A stretch of DNA of 63,210 nucleotides, counting the filler, from Corallochytrium limacisporum Hawaii (lineage: Eukaryota > Protista > Pluriformea): assembly GCA_002811645.1 (NCBI GenBank). It is 5 parts of 5 records of this genome, joined end to end, with 100 filler letters (N's around TTAATTAATTAA, not from the genome) between each part and the next. Parts side by side here need not be neighbours in the genome. Positions count along the whole stretch, not along the records: positions 20,641 to 39,743 come from PDIP01000162.1; 4 more parts are not named here. One strand, given 5' to 3'. Positions 22,349 to 34,089 of the stretch are shown here, piece after piece. The notes below the pieces were generated by a model. It saw nothing but the letters and a program-made list of their open reading frames with translations, did no database searches and was not told where the DNA came from. Positions within the stretch are counted from its first letter, which is position 1. Each line of letters begins with the position of its first letter. The position numbers and the translations under genes were made by a program.

Positions 22349-23655
22349 GAGCTTTCACAGCCCATTGGCCTTGTTTAAGTAGCAATATCACCAGGAGATT
22401 TACAAGCACGCCTTTTCATTTACGCCATGGGAGAATGCTATTTGCCAATCATTACTAATTCTTGTAAAAGGGCAGGCGGTCCTCCTCTCTCACATTGCAC
22501 ACGAACTGATAAGGTAATATTCAGTTAACACGATGCCCGAACAGCAAACCCTCGCTCCCGGCTTGAACCATGAATTGAAATAATGACTTCGGATGGCACC
22601 TGTTGGAGTGTAGATGGTTGCGATAGGAGCCTTCTTGGCATCTCCTCGGGTTGGTGGAGGGTACCAGGGGGACCATGCGGAACTTTTTGGCCGAATCACA
22701 ATACGGTGGTACTATGTGTAACGTTTCCATTACTGCAAAGCCGCCATTTACGACCACTAAACCCGTACCCGGATGGGCGGAGTCGCTGTAAAAAAACCGA
22801 AACCGCGGAAATTTTTTCGTCTTGGCAAACCACAATGATTTTGAGGACTCGTAGATATTGAATTGGAAGGATTCGAAAGAAACTCTTGAAGCAAAGAGTC
22901 TAGTCTAATCCACCACCGCAACAGGATCCAGCCGTATTCCTTACGATTTCTATTGACTACTCTCTCTCCATTCGTACACTTCCTCACCGACCAGACCATG
23001 TGTCCCACCTCATAACCCTTAGAGGTTTGTAGGGGAGACACAGGTTTGTGACTCACGCCCATCGAAATTTTCAACCATAGCCCTATACTTTGCTTTGCTC
23101 TCCATCATCCGATACCTGTCGTTACGATGGCATCGCATGATCGGTCAGTGTGGTAACGTATGTATGACAAGAGGTGCCAGGGGGAAATTGGCGGTTTATC
23201 AGTGAGACTCTGTTGCTAGTCACAGAGGTAGGTGCGTAGGAAAGGGGTTTTACATTCGCGGGCCGCTCCCTTTTCTTCCCGTTTCATGAGAATCGCAAGA
23301 GAGGATTACCACATCCGTGAGTATGTCAGAGGCCAATGCTGCGCATTGAACAGACCACTTCCATCTGGGAGAAAAAGGGGGGGGTGGGGACGGAGGTACG
23401 TGATCGTCCGACGGGTTGCGTACTGTGCGCAAACCATGCGTACGCGAATAAACCCTTTGCGCACTCATTAGGGAGCCCACGGGTGAGCTAGTTCACCGTA
23501 GATGTTGGTTGGTTCCGTTGGAAGTTGGAGTATAAAATCTCTTGACATCTTTAGCCATAGCACTCACTATTGTCACTGCCAGGAAGTGTACCAAAAAGAT
23601 GTCAGGAAGGTATACTGCAGATCTTAAAATGAACTGAATTATGTCTACTTATGCT

Positions 23656-26600
23656 CTATACGCGTTTGTTAGCAGTGGCCTGAGCTAGGCATCGAATTAT
23701 GCGAATTTCTTTTCCAACTTCGCACAAGAGTACATCATCAAAGCAGAGCAATACGCGGCTAGGCAATGGTGCATATACGTTGTCGTCAGTTTGGATGATA
23801 TTGATGCAGTCTCCGTCGGCCAAATTCCAAACCTTCAGAGAGCCCATGCCAGCTGTAAACAGCAGGCCGGATCCCATGAGATGAATGGCCGACGCGGATC
23901 CTGGCTGATACAAGGATCGCAACACTGCACCAGTTTCTAAATCCCAGATCCGGATCGTTTCATCTTCAGAGCTGCTCACCGCCAAAGACATGGTATCAAA
24001 GTCAGCATCCAGAGCGCACACAGGGCCCTGATGCCCTTCCATAATAGCCAAACAACTACCATTCACGACGTCCCAACAGCGAACCAGGCCATCAGTGGAA
24101 GCAGTAAGTGCTCGTTCACCCTTGTCTTCGTCGACAACAAGAGAAGTGACCGCTCCAGTATGGCCGTACAATGTGCATATGCAACTAAGATCGGAGGCAT
24201 CATGGAGAGAAACTGTCCTGTCTCGAGACGCTATGGCAACTCGATTTGTTGGACCCAAGAAATCTGCACAGCAAATCGCCTTGCCATGAGGTTTTAAAGC
24301 GTTGATTTGCCCACTCGCTAAATCGAGGACTCTAGCACGACCACTCTGCGTGCCAATAACAGCCATCGCCCCGCTTGCACTCATGGAAAGTGCAGTAACG
24401 GCATCTTCTGGGGTGACTGGTCCCCAAGAGTTTTGCAAAATCGGCATATTAGTATCCGAAAATGCATCACCCAGCCGGCTATTATCTCGCGTCATACCGC
24501 CGTTTCGTCCGTCCACTGCACGTGACGAGAAAGACATGTCAGGTAATCGATACTGCAGAATATGGCCGTCTCGTGTACCAATCAAAAGAACATTGCCCTT
24601 CAGACATCCGCTCCACACAGGTGACGCGTTGGGCGTAGGATGAGCGGATAGGATAGTTGCATGCTGTAAATCCCACACAGATATGACACCCATGGCATCC
24701 CCGGAGACGACAACTGTGCCATTGCTCAGCAACAGTTCCACATCTTCTTGGTGCCCAGTCAAGGTCTGCACAAGTGTTTTCGCCTTGCGCCTACTCCACG
24801 GGCTTTCTGTGTCTTCCCTAACACGAATTGGTGTCTGTTGCCAAAGGCGCCAGAAGAAAATGTTAAGCGACACTGAAATAGTTAGCGGTACTCCTAGGAG
24901 CATAATGATAATTAGATTGGAACTAAAAATCTCTGCCAGAGTTCGTTGGAGCGCGTGCGTTCGGCCGCCCTCAAGGACGTTCAAAAGACCCTGCATTGAC
25001 CAGGTGATGCTCAGTACGCGTGACCCGAGTGGAGTCCAAAATGGGGTGGGGGACGAAGCAGCAGGCGACAGCCTCAGCGGGGGCAGTAAGTCCACGATCC
25101 AGTTCGCGACAGGCAAATGCATACGACCAAGAAGCAGATGTGCCACGGGATACAGCGGCTGTGCAATATTTCCATGCTCGGCACTACTTGACATAGGTGC
25201 GATGTCCATGCTACCGACATCAGTGGTATAGAAACCAAGGGAGATAACGACCATGAACAACACTACCACAGTCATCTTGAACATCCACGGTCTCCATACC
25301 CAGTAGTAGATTGTGTCCAACAAGGCATGGAGTTGTTCAATCATATCTGACAAAGATCGCACTGATCGGATCCCACTCACCTGCTCAGAAATCGTGCGCC
25401 TTGGTTTTCCATCTCCATTGAGGGATTGGGTATCAGCAGTAAGCAGCGATTCCTGGTCGCCGGAACTGAATTCTCGTGAATTTTGCCTGTCTCGCAACGC
25501 ACTACCCTCGTAGGATGGGGGTATGCCTGGCAACTCACCACTTTTGTAGCTGGTCATGTCCTGGAAGCTACCAACGCCCGAATTCGACGAACCCCCAGTT
25601 GTAGTGTTGCCAGATGGTGTCATTGTGTGTTGCCGCATGATATATAAGTCTCCAAGTTCACTGCGCCGAATATCAATAGACAGAACGGCCGTAAACATAG
25701 TTATCTGTAAGAATACATCACTTCCAATTGCGAAGAACGCGAAAACCGAAAACTCGTGGATGGCCGGAACATTAGATTGCAATCCAATGATAGCAGCAAT
25801 CAACTCAGTTACTAATGACTTGACCAACGTCGGTGTTGCATCTCTGATACCTTTGGCGACCCTTACCTTCACTGGAAGATCCAACGGAGTTTCAATAACC
25901 GCATTCGTGATCACGAAAATGTTTTCCACACCAATGGCTAGGACTAGGAAAGGAATCACTTCAAATGCCAATAGAGATCGCTCCATACCAAAAGCAGTAC
26001 AGAGACCTATTGCCATGGTCGTGGCCGCAAATACAACCACAACAGCAGTCAACCCCAGACCATATTTTGACTTCACTAAGTGAAAGCGTCCTATGCTGAA
26101 GGAGATATAGAGAAAGACGATCAAGTATGCTAACGCAAGAAAGGTGACGTCGCTGATTGTCATTCCCATATCGCTGACAGCGAAGAACATGTGCACAATC
26201 TTTGCCTGTCGATAGTCGGCAAGATCATTCTGGTCACACTGCCATTTCTTTGTGGTTGGCTTCATTGCACTTGACACCTTCAGCCAATTCTCAAGAAGCC
26301 TCCGCTCCATCACTGCATCTTGCAGATGCTTGCTTGTCATGTCCTTCTGACCCTCGAGGAGCAAGCTCGCTGCAGTGGCATCAATGACCACAGATATATG
26401 CAGGGCGTCGGCAACTAAAACAAACTTGGACAGCTCGTTGATATGAGTCTCCTGTGCCTCCCTAACATCACTCGCTGCAACGTATCTCAGATTTTCACCT
26501 ATCAGATCCGTCTTGAATATATCATTTTCATGCATAATGTGTCGCAGCCACGTGTTCGCTTCTTGCGTGTTGCGTACACTATCTGGAGGTCCTCGGGATA

Positions 26601-27744
26601 ATATTGCATCGTCATCATTCTGCCAAATGTTTACAATGCTTACAACCGCGCCGGCTCCGCTGCTTCCTTTGTATGCTAAATCTGGTATGATCGCATACTC
26701 GATACCCGTCGTCTCTTCCTGCAGTCGCTCCGCTAGGGAATCCACCAAAGGAGACACGTATTGGTCCATGAAGTCTTGCGTTATCACAAACACCGGCTGC
26801 TTTTCTTCTGGTAGTTTTGAACTTGGTGGATTTTCTGGCCTCGATGGTGGCACCAGCTGAATACACTGCACTCGCGCATTTATGCTTACCTCTCTCTTCA
26901 ACGGTGTGGGGATCATAGTTCCCTGATCAGATTTCATACGATCCAGGCGCGCTTGTCTTTGCGCTTGTTTCTGCAGCTGTGATTCGATAAAGCCGTAAGA
27001 TCCTGTCCATGTGATCGGATTGGATACAGGTGTCAACAACTCCCTTGAGAAACGAGCAGCAAAGTGGTCCACTACCGGATCGCCATGCCCATCTTCGACG
27101 GCACCCTTAAGTGGTAGAACTGTCAACTCTGGCCGATGAGTTAACAACGGCGCTGAGGTCAAAATAATCGACGCTGCGACCAAGGGAAGAACCAACAACG
27201 GATGACTTGCGCAAAAGTATGTGTACACGTAAGTAAATCGCTGAACTCCACGCAATACATAGTGACCTACAGCGTCGAATGCACCCAGGAGGGTAGACGC
27301 AAATCCAATAATTGCTTGAATTATGACAATTGGCAAATCAGGACGCTCCATATTTAGATGGCCCGACTGACTTAAGGACCGCTGGTGCACACCCGAGTGA
27401 CGCAAAATATCGTTTGCCGCTGCCTCATTATTGCCGCCAGCAGCTACACCTACAGGATTCTCAATCCATGATTGCTGAAATCCGTGAATAAATGGCACAT
27501 TGGTATCGTCAATTTCCTCATAGTGGTCGATTCCATATGGTTTCTGTTGCTTGCGTTTTGATTTGCTAACAGAAGAGGTACCCTCGCCTGCGTTTCTTGA
27601 TTTGGCTGGACGATGTTTTCGTCTTAGTGGAGATATGTGATTGGTATTTTGCATTGGCGCATTTTCCATGACAGCGTTATTCTCTTCGTTGCTGCTCGAC
27701 GTTGATACCTTCCGGTTGTGAACTCTATCCGGCTGGTCAGCCAT
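23656..27744 (-). CDS. SCAP: SREBP cleavage-activating protein
   Basis: Sterol-sensing domain (LYISFS, VKSKYGLG, EVIPFLVLAIGVENIFVIT, SDVFLQ, VLSIDIRRSELGDL) plus C-terminal WD40 repeats. First in-frame ATG is at 27744. Confidence 0.92.
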   Translation of the reverse strand: MADQPDRVHNRKVSTSSSNEENNAVMENAPMQNTNHISPLRRKHRPAKSRNAGEGTSSVSKSKRKQQKPYGIDHYEEIDDTNVPFIHGFQQSWIENPVGVAAGGNNEAAANDILRHSGVHQRSLSQSGHLNMERPDLPIVIIQAIIGFASTLLGAFDAVGHYVLRGVQRFTYVYTYFCASHPLLVLPLVAASIILTSAPLLTHRPELTVLPLKGAVEDGHGDPVVDHFAARFSRELLTPVSNPITWTGSYGFIESQLQKQAQRQARLDRMKSDQGTMIPTPLKREVSINARVQCIQLVPPSRPENPPSSKLPEEKQPVFVITQDFMDQYVSPLVDSLAERLQEETTGIEYAIIPDLAYKGSSGAGAVVSIVNIWQNDDDAILSRGPPDSVRNTQEANTWLRHIMHENDIFKTDLIGENLRYVAASDVREAQETHINELSKFVLVADALHISVVIDATAASLLLEGQKDMTSKHLQDAVMERRLLENWLKVSSAMKPTTKKWQCDQNDLADYRQAKIVHMFFAVSDMGMTISDVTFLALAYLIVFLYISFSIGRFHLVKSKYGLGLTAVVVVFAATTMAIGLCTAFGMERSLLAFEVIPFLVLAIGVENIFVITNAVIETPLDLPVKVRVAKGIRDATPTLVKSLVTELIAAIIGLQSNVPAIHEFSVFAFFAIGSDVFLQITMFTAVLSIDIRRSELGDLYIMRQHTMTPSGNTTTGGSSNSGVGSFQDMTSYKSGELPGIPPSYEGSALRDRQNSREFSSGDQESLLTADTQSLNGDGKPRRTISEQVSGIRSVRSLSDMIEQLHALLDTIYYWVWRPWMFKMTVVVLFMVVISLGFYTTDVGSMDIAPMSSSAEHGNIAQPLYPVAHLLLGRMHLPVANWIVDLLPPLRLSPAASSPTPFWTPLGSRVLSITWSMQGLLNVLEGGRTHALQRTLAEIFSSNLIIIMLLGVPLTISVSLNIFFWRLWQQTPIRVREDTESPWSRRKAKTLVQTLTGHQEDVELLLSNGTVVVSGDAMGVISVWDLQHATILSAHPTPNASPVWSGCLKGNVLLIGTRDGHILQYRLPDMSFSSRAVDGRNGGMTRDNSRLGDAFSDTNMPILQNSWGPVTPEDAVTALSMSASGAMAVIGTQSGRARVLDLASGQINALKPHGKAICCADFLGPTNRVAIASRDRTVSLHDASDLSCICTLYGHTGAVTSLVVDEDKGERALTASTDGLVRCWDVVNGSCLAIMEGHQGPVCALDADFDTMSLAVSSSEDETIRIWDLETGAVLRSLYQPGSASAIHLMGSGLLFTAGMGSLKVWNLADGDCINIIQTDDNVYAPLPSRVLLCFDDVLLCEVGKEIRIIRCLAQATANKRV

Positions 27745-28329
27745 GGCGGAATAGTTCCTCTTAGGTGTCACGGCACCCAACGCTTTTAAGTCATGATTCT
27801 CCCAGCTCACTCATTATCTGGAGAATCATATACTACATTCACCATCCTCTGAGAACCACGCTCACCAGAAGATTAAGCACTCCCAACCCGCTTGACAGCT
27901 TGTTGTCACTCATTCGACTCGCGGCATAGTTGAGTTGTTTGCAAAACCACCAGTCTGCTGCAGAGTAAACCACTGAATACCATATGTCTTAGACCTTGTG
28001 GTCAACGACAATATACTGATCTTACAGTTGATCAGTTTTCATAAGCACACACATAGAAGCGCTTATGCAGGCGAAACGGCGAAGTCCGCTGGCAGTGAAA
28101 TCCTGTGTGTTCTGGTCCTCTCTATTAGCTGGGAGCCCTCTGGCAACAGCCGCACTTCTCCTTTCCTCGTATTCCCTCTCTTTTCCATTTCACTACTGCG
28201 TATGTTCCTGTTTCGCGCTGGAGGGGACTGCGTATGTGGTGCGTGACACAGCTAGTACTTCGCATAGCAAGTGAGTACTAAAGCGGTTCCATACGGGACG
28301 TTCTCATGCTTGCGGCAGCAATATTAGGC

Positions 28330-28930
28330 CCCCATTGTCTCTTCGCAGCCAATGCAGTCCTACACCACTGCGGATTCTCAAATTTGTTTGATTCAAATCT
28401 GAACGTTGACCCGGCCGCCAAAGACTCACAGGGCGTATGAGTAAGAGTGTTGTTGATATCATCAAATCCGTACCCATTCAATATTCCCTACTGATGAAGA
28501 GGCCCCGAATGCCCGCTCACCGCCCCACAGGCATCAGAGGGAGGCAGGATCCACGGCTCGAACTGCGTCCTCCCATTGCCGGTCGAAGAAACAAACGAAA
28601 AGGGGAGAGTGCACCAGCATACACTACACCCCGCCATCGCCGTCTCCTGGAGTACAATCGTGTTATCTTCACTTGCTGCAATTCGTAGACGCTATCGGCG
28701 CCTTACCACCGGTCGTAGTCCACATACCGTAATAGGTGGTACCCACATTTTTACTAACTCTGCTGTGTTCCTTACGCACGCTACGCTCTTCCTTTGCGCA
28801 AATCTTGGACTGGCGAAGGCAGCAAAATTAGGCAGAACAGTTTCTGTGCAGGGAGGATGGGGGAGGCCGGAGGACTGTTCGATGTCGCAGGCGAGAAACG
28901 GAGAAGCCGGCGAACGAGAGGGGGCTGACG
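28330..28930 (+). pseudogene. Decayed ankyrin-repeat gene (relic)
   Basis: Fragments in shifting frames: VLHHC..NVDPAAKDSQG (28402-28434), RNKRKGES (28587-28610), RLLEY (28641), TLFLCANLGLAKAAKL (28783-28830), VQGGWGR..ARNG (28846-28902). Confidence 0.5.
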
Positions 28931-29289
28931 CGCTGCAATAAAGTGCGAGATGAGTCAAGGCCTCTAATCGTCGCGACGCGTCTCAGTAACTTTCCGACAG
29001 AATTTTTCATGTGTTAGTACTGCGTGGGAATATGCCTCGTTGTAGCTGGTCATGCTCGTCGGCCTATTTTGAATAACAGATCGTTCAAGAGGAAAATATG
29101 AGGAATATTTAACGTCAATGGCATTTCACATTTGACCAGAGCATGGTTTGATTTGGGACGCACACATGCTTGCGAGAATCACTCTGGGAGCATGACACCT
29201 TTATGACTTGATGCGAACATACTCGCATGGAAGCACCATTTATCACAGAATAGTTGGCATGTGGAGTAGATCTGAAGGTAAAGAAGGCA

Positions 29290-31482
29290 ATGTCAGGTAG
29301 GGCCATTCCCGACCAAACTGGTCGAAAGCACAGCCACGAAATGTCACATCCTGGCGCCGCAGCTATGGGTGTTTCGCCAAGCGGCTATCTGCTTTCGGAT
29401 ACATCGGTACAGAATCAATTGGAACGTGAAGAACGGCGAAGAAGGCATGCGGCAGCACACGCACAACATATACCGAGGTCGATCAGTGGGGATATCATTC
29501 CAGATGTTGCGAGACCCTCGTCTGGGTCCCGTTCGGTAGAGCAAGGATCACCACAGGCTGGCAGTAGTTATGGGCCTATGAGTGCTCTGTTAAATCGGGC
29601 TCTGAAATCACGTGACCAATCGACTGTATCCACAGCCGGATCTTCTTCAGCACAGGAATCACCGACTGGCTCTCCGGTGAGAAAACACAGCGACGGTACT
29701 GGTGGCATTGCAATTACCACTACCGAAGCTGACATCCAAAATATTAGCACTGCTAGCAGTGGCCGAGACAGTGGAGGAGGACTGCTCCCAGCTGGGGCCA
29801 AAAGCGGGCCAGCTCCGGGCTACGAGCATCTGGCCACTCATCCCTCGGGTGGTAGCACCGACGGTGACAACGTGTCCATTGTGAGCGTCGAAGTGCTGCG
29901 AAAGACTGCCAGCCGCGCCGACTATGCTCTTGTGTACTCACTTTTCTTCCTGACCGGCCTTAGCCCCTGGTTACTGGTGAACGGAGTGTTCGTGGAGGTG
30001 CCAATCCTGATCAATGTTTTGCCGGAGAAGCGGGCAATTAGTGCTTACCTTAGTGTGGCGGTTGTGTCCAGTAACGTAGCGGTGGGATTGTATTTCTTAG
30101 CCCGACAGAAGGTGAATGTGCCCCTTCGTATGACAGTGATCTTGAACTTTGTGATCGGCTTTGTGTGCTCTTTGCTGCTGGGATTCTTCTGGCACAGCAC
30201 CTTTAAGATCGATCCCGATGACGAGACCATGCATTCACTGCCGCTGTTGCTGCTGGTCTTCATCGGATCTGCGGCGGCCTGTTTGTGTAACGTGACACTG
30301 TGGCCTCTTGTTGCACGCTACGACTCCGCCATGACGGGTGCAGTGAGCAATGGCTTTGGATTTTCCTCCTTGGTTCCGGCTCTGATGGGTGCAGCGCAGG
30401 GGACTGGAGAGGCAAAGCCATACTATGGTGTACGAACCTACCTTTGGCTGATCGGTGGAATCTATGGGATTTCCACTGCCTGTCTCCTGCTTGTGCTCTA
30501 TACATCAAAAGGCAAGAGCCACCTTAAGGAGAGCTACGTACGGGGACAACTGGGCGTCTCGATGCCCGCTGCGGCCAACCCAGACTCACCAGATCAAGCA
30601 AAATCGGCTTCGGAATCTGTTATGCTTTCAGGGTGTCGGCGAACAGGCGACTATGGGGCTGGTGGACCAGCAGATGAAGCCGGACTTGGTCCTGTGATGG
30701 AGGCAGGCGAACCACCAAACCACTCGGAACTATCCAACAGTGGGGTGTGGGACACAGACCTAGAAGCCAGCGGAATAAGTCAGGGAACACTTGATCGTGA
30801 TGATGGGAACTTGGTGCGGTCAAGCAGCCAACCACTGCTTAGTACTGTTGATGAACGATCCCCGTTACTTGGCAGTGGTAGCGAAATTAAACAGAGCTCC
30901 ACGCAGGGAGCGTCACCGGCCTCCGATGCCGCTCGTCAGGCGCGCCGTCGCCGTAGAGTGCGCACTATGCGTTCCATTCCTATACACAAAGACAGGTACC
31001 TGCCCCTGTACTGTCTCCAGCTAGTGTCGTGCAGCTGCCAGTTCTTCCTGCCTGCTTTTGAGCCCATCTTCACTCAGTACATGGAAAACGGCAACATAAT
31101 CCTCCAATGGGCCATTGTGCTCGGTTTGAGTGTGAACATCATCTCCCGGGTAGCCTGCTCATACATTGGAAAGGGTAATCCGTACGTCTTGACCCTGTTG
31201 CAATTTGCAAGTGTCACTCTGCACTTTGTGTTGGGCTGGCCTTTGTCACTGTCGGGATATGGTTTTCTCTTTGTTGCCACTGTACAATCACTGATCTTTG
31301 GCTATCTCAACGCTTTGCTACTGCTACGAGCTGCTCAGTCGTCCAACGCGCGCCTTGCGGAGATGAGGGGCCGGCGCATGGGTCTGTCCATGCAAATCGG
31401 TGCCGCTGTTGGAGTGCTAACGGCATTTTTGGCAGTAACGTTTACGGCAGCCTACCATGAGCAAGGTCCCTCCCGAACTTGA
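29290..31482 (+). CDS. Riboflavin transporter family (SLC52/RFVT-like)
   Basis: GLSPWLLVNGVFVEVPILINVLPE...SAYLSV matches the SLC52 N-terminal motif; multiple TM segments, long low-complexity N-tail and central loop. Confidence 0.85.
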   Translation: MSGRAIPDQTGRKHSHEMSHPGAAAMGVSPSGYLLSDTSVQNQLEREERRRRHAAAHAQHIPRSISGDIIPDVARPSSGSRSVEQGSPQAGSSYGPMSALLNRALKSRDQSTVSTAGSSSAQESPTGSPVRKHSDGTGGIAITTTEADIQNISTASSGRDSGGGLLPAGAKSGPAPGYEHLATHPSGGSTDGDNVSIVSVEVLRKTASRADYALVYSLFFLTGLSPWLLVNGVFVEVPILINVLPEKRAISAYLSVAVVSSNVAVGLYFLARQKVNVPLRMTVILNFVIGFVCSLLLGFFWHSTFKIDPDDETMHSLPLLLLVFIGSAAACLCNVTLWPLVARYDSAMTGAVSNGFGFSSLVPALMGAAQGTGEAKPYYGVRTYLWLIGGIYGISTACLLLVLYTSKGKSHLKESYVRGQLGVSMPAAANPDSPDQAKSASESVMLSGCRRTGDYGAGGPADEAGLGPVMEAGEPPNHSELSNSGVWDTDLEASGISQGTLDRDDGNLVRSSSQPLLSTVDERSPLLGSGSEIKQSSTQGASPASDAARQARRRRRVRTMRSIPIHKDRYLPLYCLQLVSCSCQFFLPAFEPIFTQYMENGNIILQWAIVLGLSVNIISRVACSYIGKGNPYVLTLLQFASVTLHFVLGWPLSLSGYGFLFVATVQSLIFGYLNALLLLRAAQSSNARLAEMRGRRMGLSMQIGAAVGVLTAFLAVTFTAAYHEQGPSRT

Positions 31483-31851
31483 AGAATCAAACTGCCTGTT
31501 TCAGTTATTTGTTAGTACTGGTACACCAAATCAAATAGATCAAATATGTTGCCTCCGGTTGGCTCTCACCTGTGGCGTCAATGTAGTACTCTGCGCAAAC
31601 GCAAAGTCCGGGCCCACTCCCGCGGCCCCCAAAGAGGGTGTGAGGTAGGGAAAGAAAGGGAGAAGCGCGAAGAGGAACTTCAGATTGTGCAGCAAGAGCT
31701 GCGCGGCCTAGAGGTCGCTATCGTCGCGGCCAATGATTCTTCAAAGCCAACCCAGGAAAGGTATTTGGTCACACTTTCCGTCCTATGCATTGACAACTTG
31801 GAACACAACCTGTTCAAAACAGACCTAAGTCCCTGCATTTTTCAAGCGAAA

Positions 31852-32313
31852 ATGTTTGTGGAGACATTCTGGTCGCTACCGCCGTGGTTGTACTTTTCCT
31901 TGGCCGCACTATTATGGGGATCAACTAATCCATATCTTCGGCAAGGAGCCAAAGGAATATCTGATGCTGAAATGCCTACAGAGAAAATGAAATCTGGGTT
32001 CTCAACCGGGTTAGAAGTCGTAGATGACTTGCTGCAGCTGCTGACTCGCGCTGCCTATGTGATTCCTTTAGTGGTAAATCAAATGGGCACGGCAGTGTAC
32101 CTACGAGGAATCAGCGAGGGCACCCTCAGTCTGGGTGTGCCGTTGGCCAACACACTCAGTTTCATTCCCTCCATGTTGGTGGGTACTGTTGTATTCAATG
32201 AAGCAAAGCCTTCTCTCCATGGCTGGTTTGGAATCCTGTGCATATTTGGAGGGACCATACTCTGCATCGTTGACGATGGATCATGGCACAGTGGAAGGAT
32301 TCCCGTATCATAG
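31852..32313 (+). CDS. TMEM234: TMEM234-family small membrane protein
   Basis: LLWGSTNPYLR, YVIPLVVNQMG, LSLGVPLANTLSF. The probable ATG is at 31852; an open frame extends upstream to 31546. Confidence 0.85.
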   Translation: MFVETFWSLPPWLYFSLAALLWGSTNPYLRQGAKGISDAEMPTEKMKSGFSTGLEVVDDLLQLLTRAAYVIPLVVNQMGTAVYLRGISEGTLSLGVPLANTLSFIPSMLVGTVVFNEAKPSLHGWFGILCIFGGTILCIVDDGSWHSGRIPVS

Positions 32314-32498
32314 TTTGAATAGCTTTGCTAGAAGAGAATAATATTGTCGCATCCTAAATGACGAGGCACTACTTGAATGGTGTTTCTTTGTATTTGCTTT
32401 TGATTGTGATCGGGTGTGCCTCCTTCGGCGGAAAATGTCGAGTGATCGTTCACAGCTCCCGATTGTTATATCCCAGTTTGGCTACTACTTTTACCTCA

Positions 32499-33278
32499 TC
32501 AAGGTTGCATGCGGATAGATCCGTCCAGACGGATAGTCTCGCCGTTAAGCATGGGGTTCTCCACAATGCTGCGCACGAGCTGTGCATACTCACTGGGGTC
32601 ACCCAGGCGGGATGGGAAGGGTACTTGTTTACCAAGCTCAGTACGGACCTTCTCGGGCAGAGACAGAAGCAAAGGAGTCAGGAACAGACCAGGGGCGATA
32701 GTATTGACCCGGATGCCGGTCTTCGCAAGGTCACGGGCAATGGGCAGGGTCATGCCCACAATGCCACCCTTGGATGCGGAGTAGGCGGCCTGACCCCGCT
32801 GGCCGTCATAGGCAGCAACGGACGCAGTATTAATGATGACACCACGCTCACCATCTTCGCTAAGGGCCTCTCCGGCGGCCATGCGCTCGGAAGCAAGACG
32901 GATTACATTGAAGGATCCGGTAAGGTTGACCTTAATGACTTTCTCGAATTCGTCAAGGGGATGGACACCCTTCTTGGGGTGCAGAGTGGTCACGGCAATG
33001 CCGATGCCAGCACAGTTGACAGCGACATTGACTTCCTTACCAAACTCCTTTACGGCAGCGTTAAGTGCGGTAGTGACATCGTCGGCGTTGGACACGTCAC
33101 AGCGGGAAAAGATGGTGTTGCCACCAATGTCTTTGGCAACTTCGTCACCGTTCTTTGCCATATCCATGATCACGACGTTGGCACCAGCCTTGGCGAACAT
33201 TTCGGCGGTTGCGCGGCCCAAACCGCTGGCACCGCCCGTCACAGCTGCGACGGCGTTCTTCACGTTGCGCAGAGCCAT
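32499..33278 (-). CDS. HSD17B10: 3-hydroxyacyl-CoA dehydrogenase type 2 (SDR)
   Basis: [70 protein letters not shown]. Start chosen at ACCATGG; an alternative ATG lies at 33359. Confidence 0.95.
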   Translation of the reverse strand: MALRNVKNAVAAVTGGASGLGRATAEMFAKAGANVVIMDMAKNGDEVAKDIGGNTIFSRCDVSNADDVTTALNAAVKEFGKEVNVAVNCAGIGIAVTTLHPKKGVHPLDEFEKVIKVNLTGSFNVIRLASERMAAGEALSEDGERGVIINTASVAAYDGQRGQAAYSASKGGIVGMTLPIARDLAKTGIRVNTIAPGLFLTPLLLSLPEKVRTELGKQVPFPSRLGDPSEYAQLVRSIVENPMLNGETIRLDGSIRMQP

Positions 33279-34089
33279 GGTTGATAACTTCTTTGTGATT
33301 ATCCGTTCCCCGACAAACAAAGAGATTGGTCGTTGGTCTATGTCCCCAATAAAAGACATTGGCGGGCTCCATACATACCTGTATTAGATTATCCGCTACT
33401 TCACGGCTGGTTCCCTTAAACAAGGAGCACGTCTCGCGGAGATGCAAACGTTTGAATTGGATCGTCGAAATCCCCTCATGCGCAATGCGCACACGGAGCA
33501 GCTGCTGCTGCACGCATCGAAATTCTCCCCACCCTCTTCCCCCTCCCCCTTCTCCCTCTCTACCAGGCACTTCCCAAAACAAACCGAACCAAGTGGCAAA
33601 CAATACCACCTTCCGGTGCACTGGGTCCGAAACAATCCTCATCTCACCAGCTCTGTTGTCCTTTTGCTCTCTTCCGTCCCGACGTGGGGGTGGTATGCAG
33701 CTGGGACCCATTTGACTGCTGTGGTTTACCTTTGTTTGGAGAACCCTGGGGCCTGTTTGGTTTCATTGTGAATCCTCCGTGGGTGACACACACTTTTTCT
33801 CCACCTCCCTCTTAAGAAGTCATTCACTGTCCGTGCGCGTCGACGACTAGAAAACCCCGTCTTCCCCTCCACCTCCCCCTCTCTGGGCCGGCCGTTCGCA
33901 GTACCCACCGGTGGTACACAACCCGAGGGGGCTGGTGGGAAAACTCGGAAATAACAGCGCGTACAACCACCAACCTTGACCACCTTTGGAATAAATAGAC
34001 TCCCTTTACTGGTTTCGGGGATTCTAATTTTCAGGGATGTTTAAATATACTCTGATCGGTCTCTCTGAAATTATAAGGACGGGCTTATC

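Noticed and set aside
32450-32501. Stop-codon readthrough giving HSD17B10 a cryptic PTS1
   Set aside because: Double TGA TGA and no SKL-like ending downstream.
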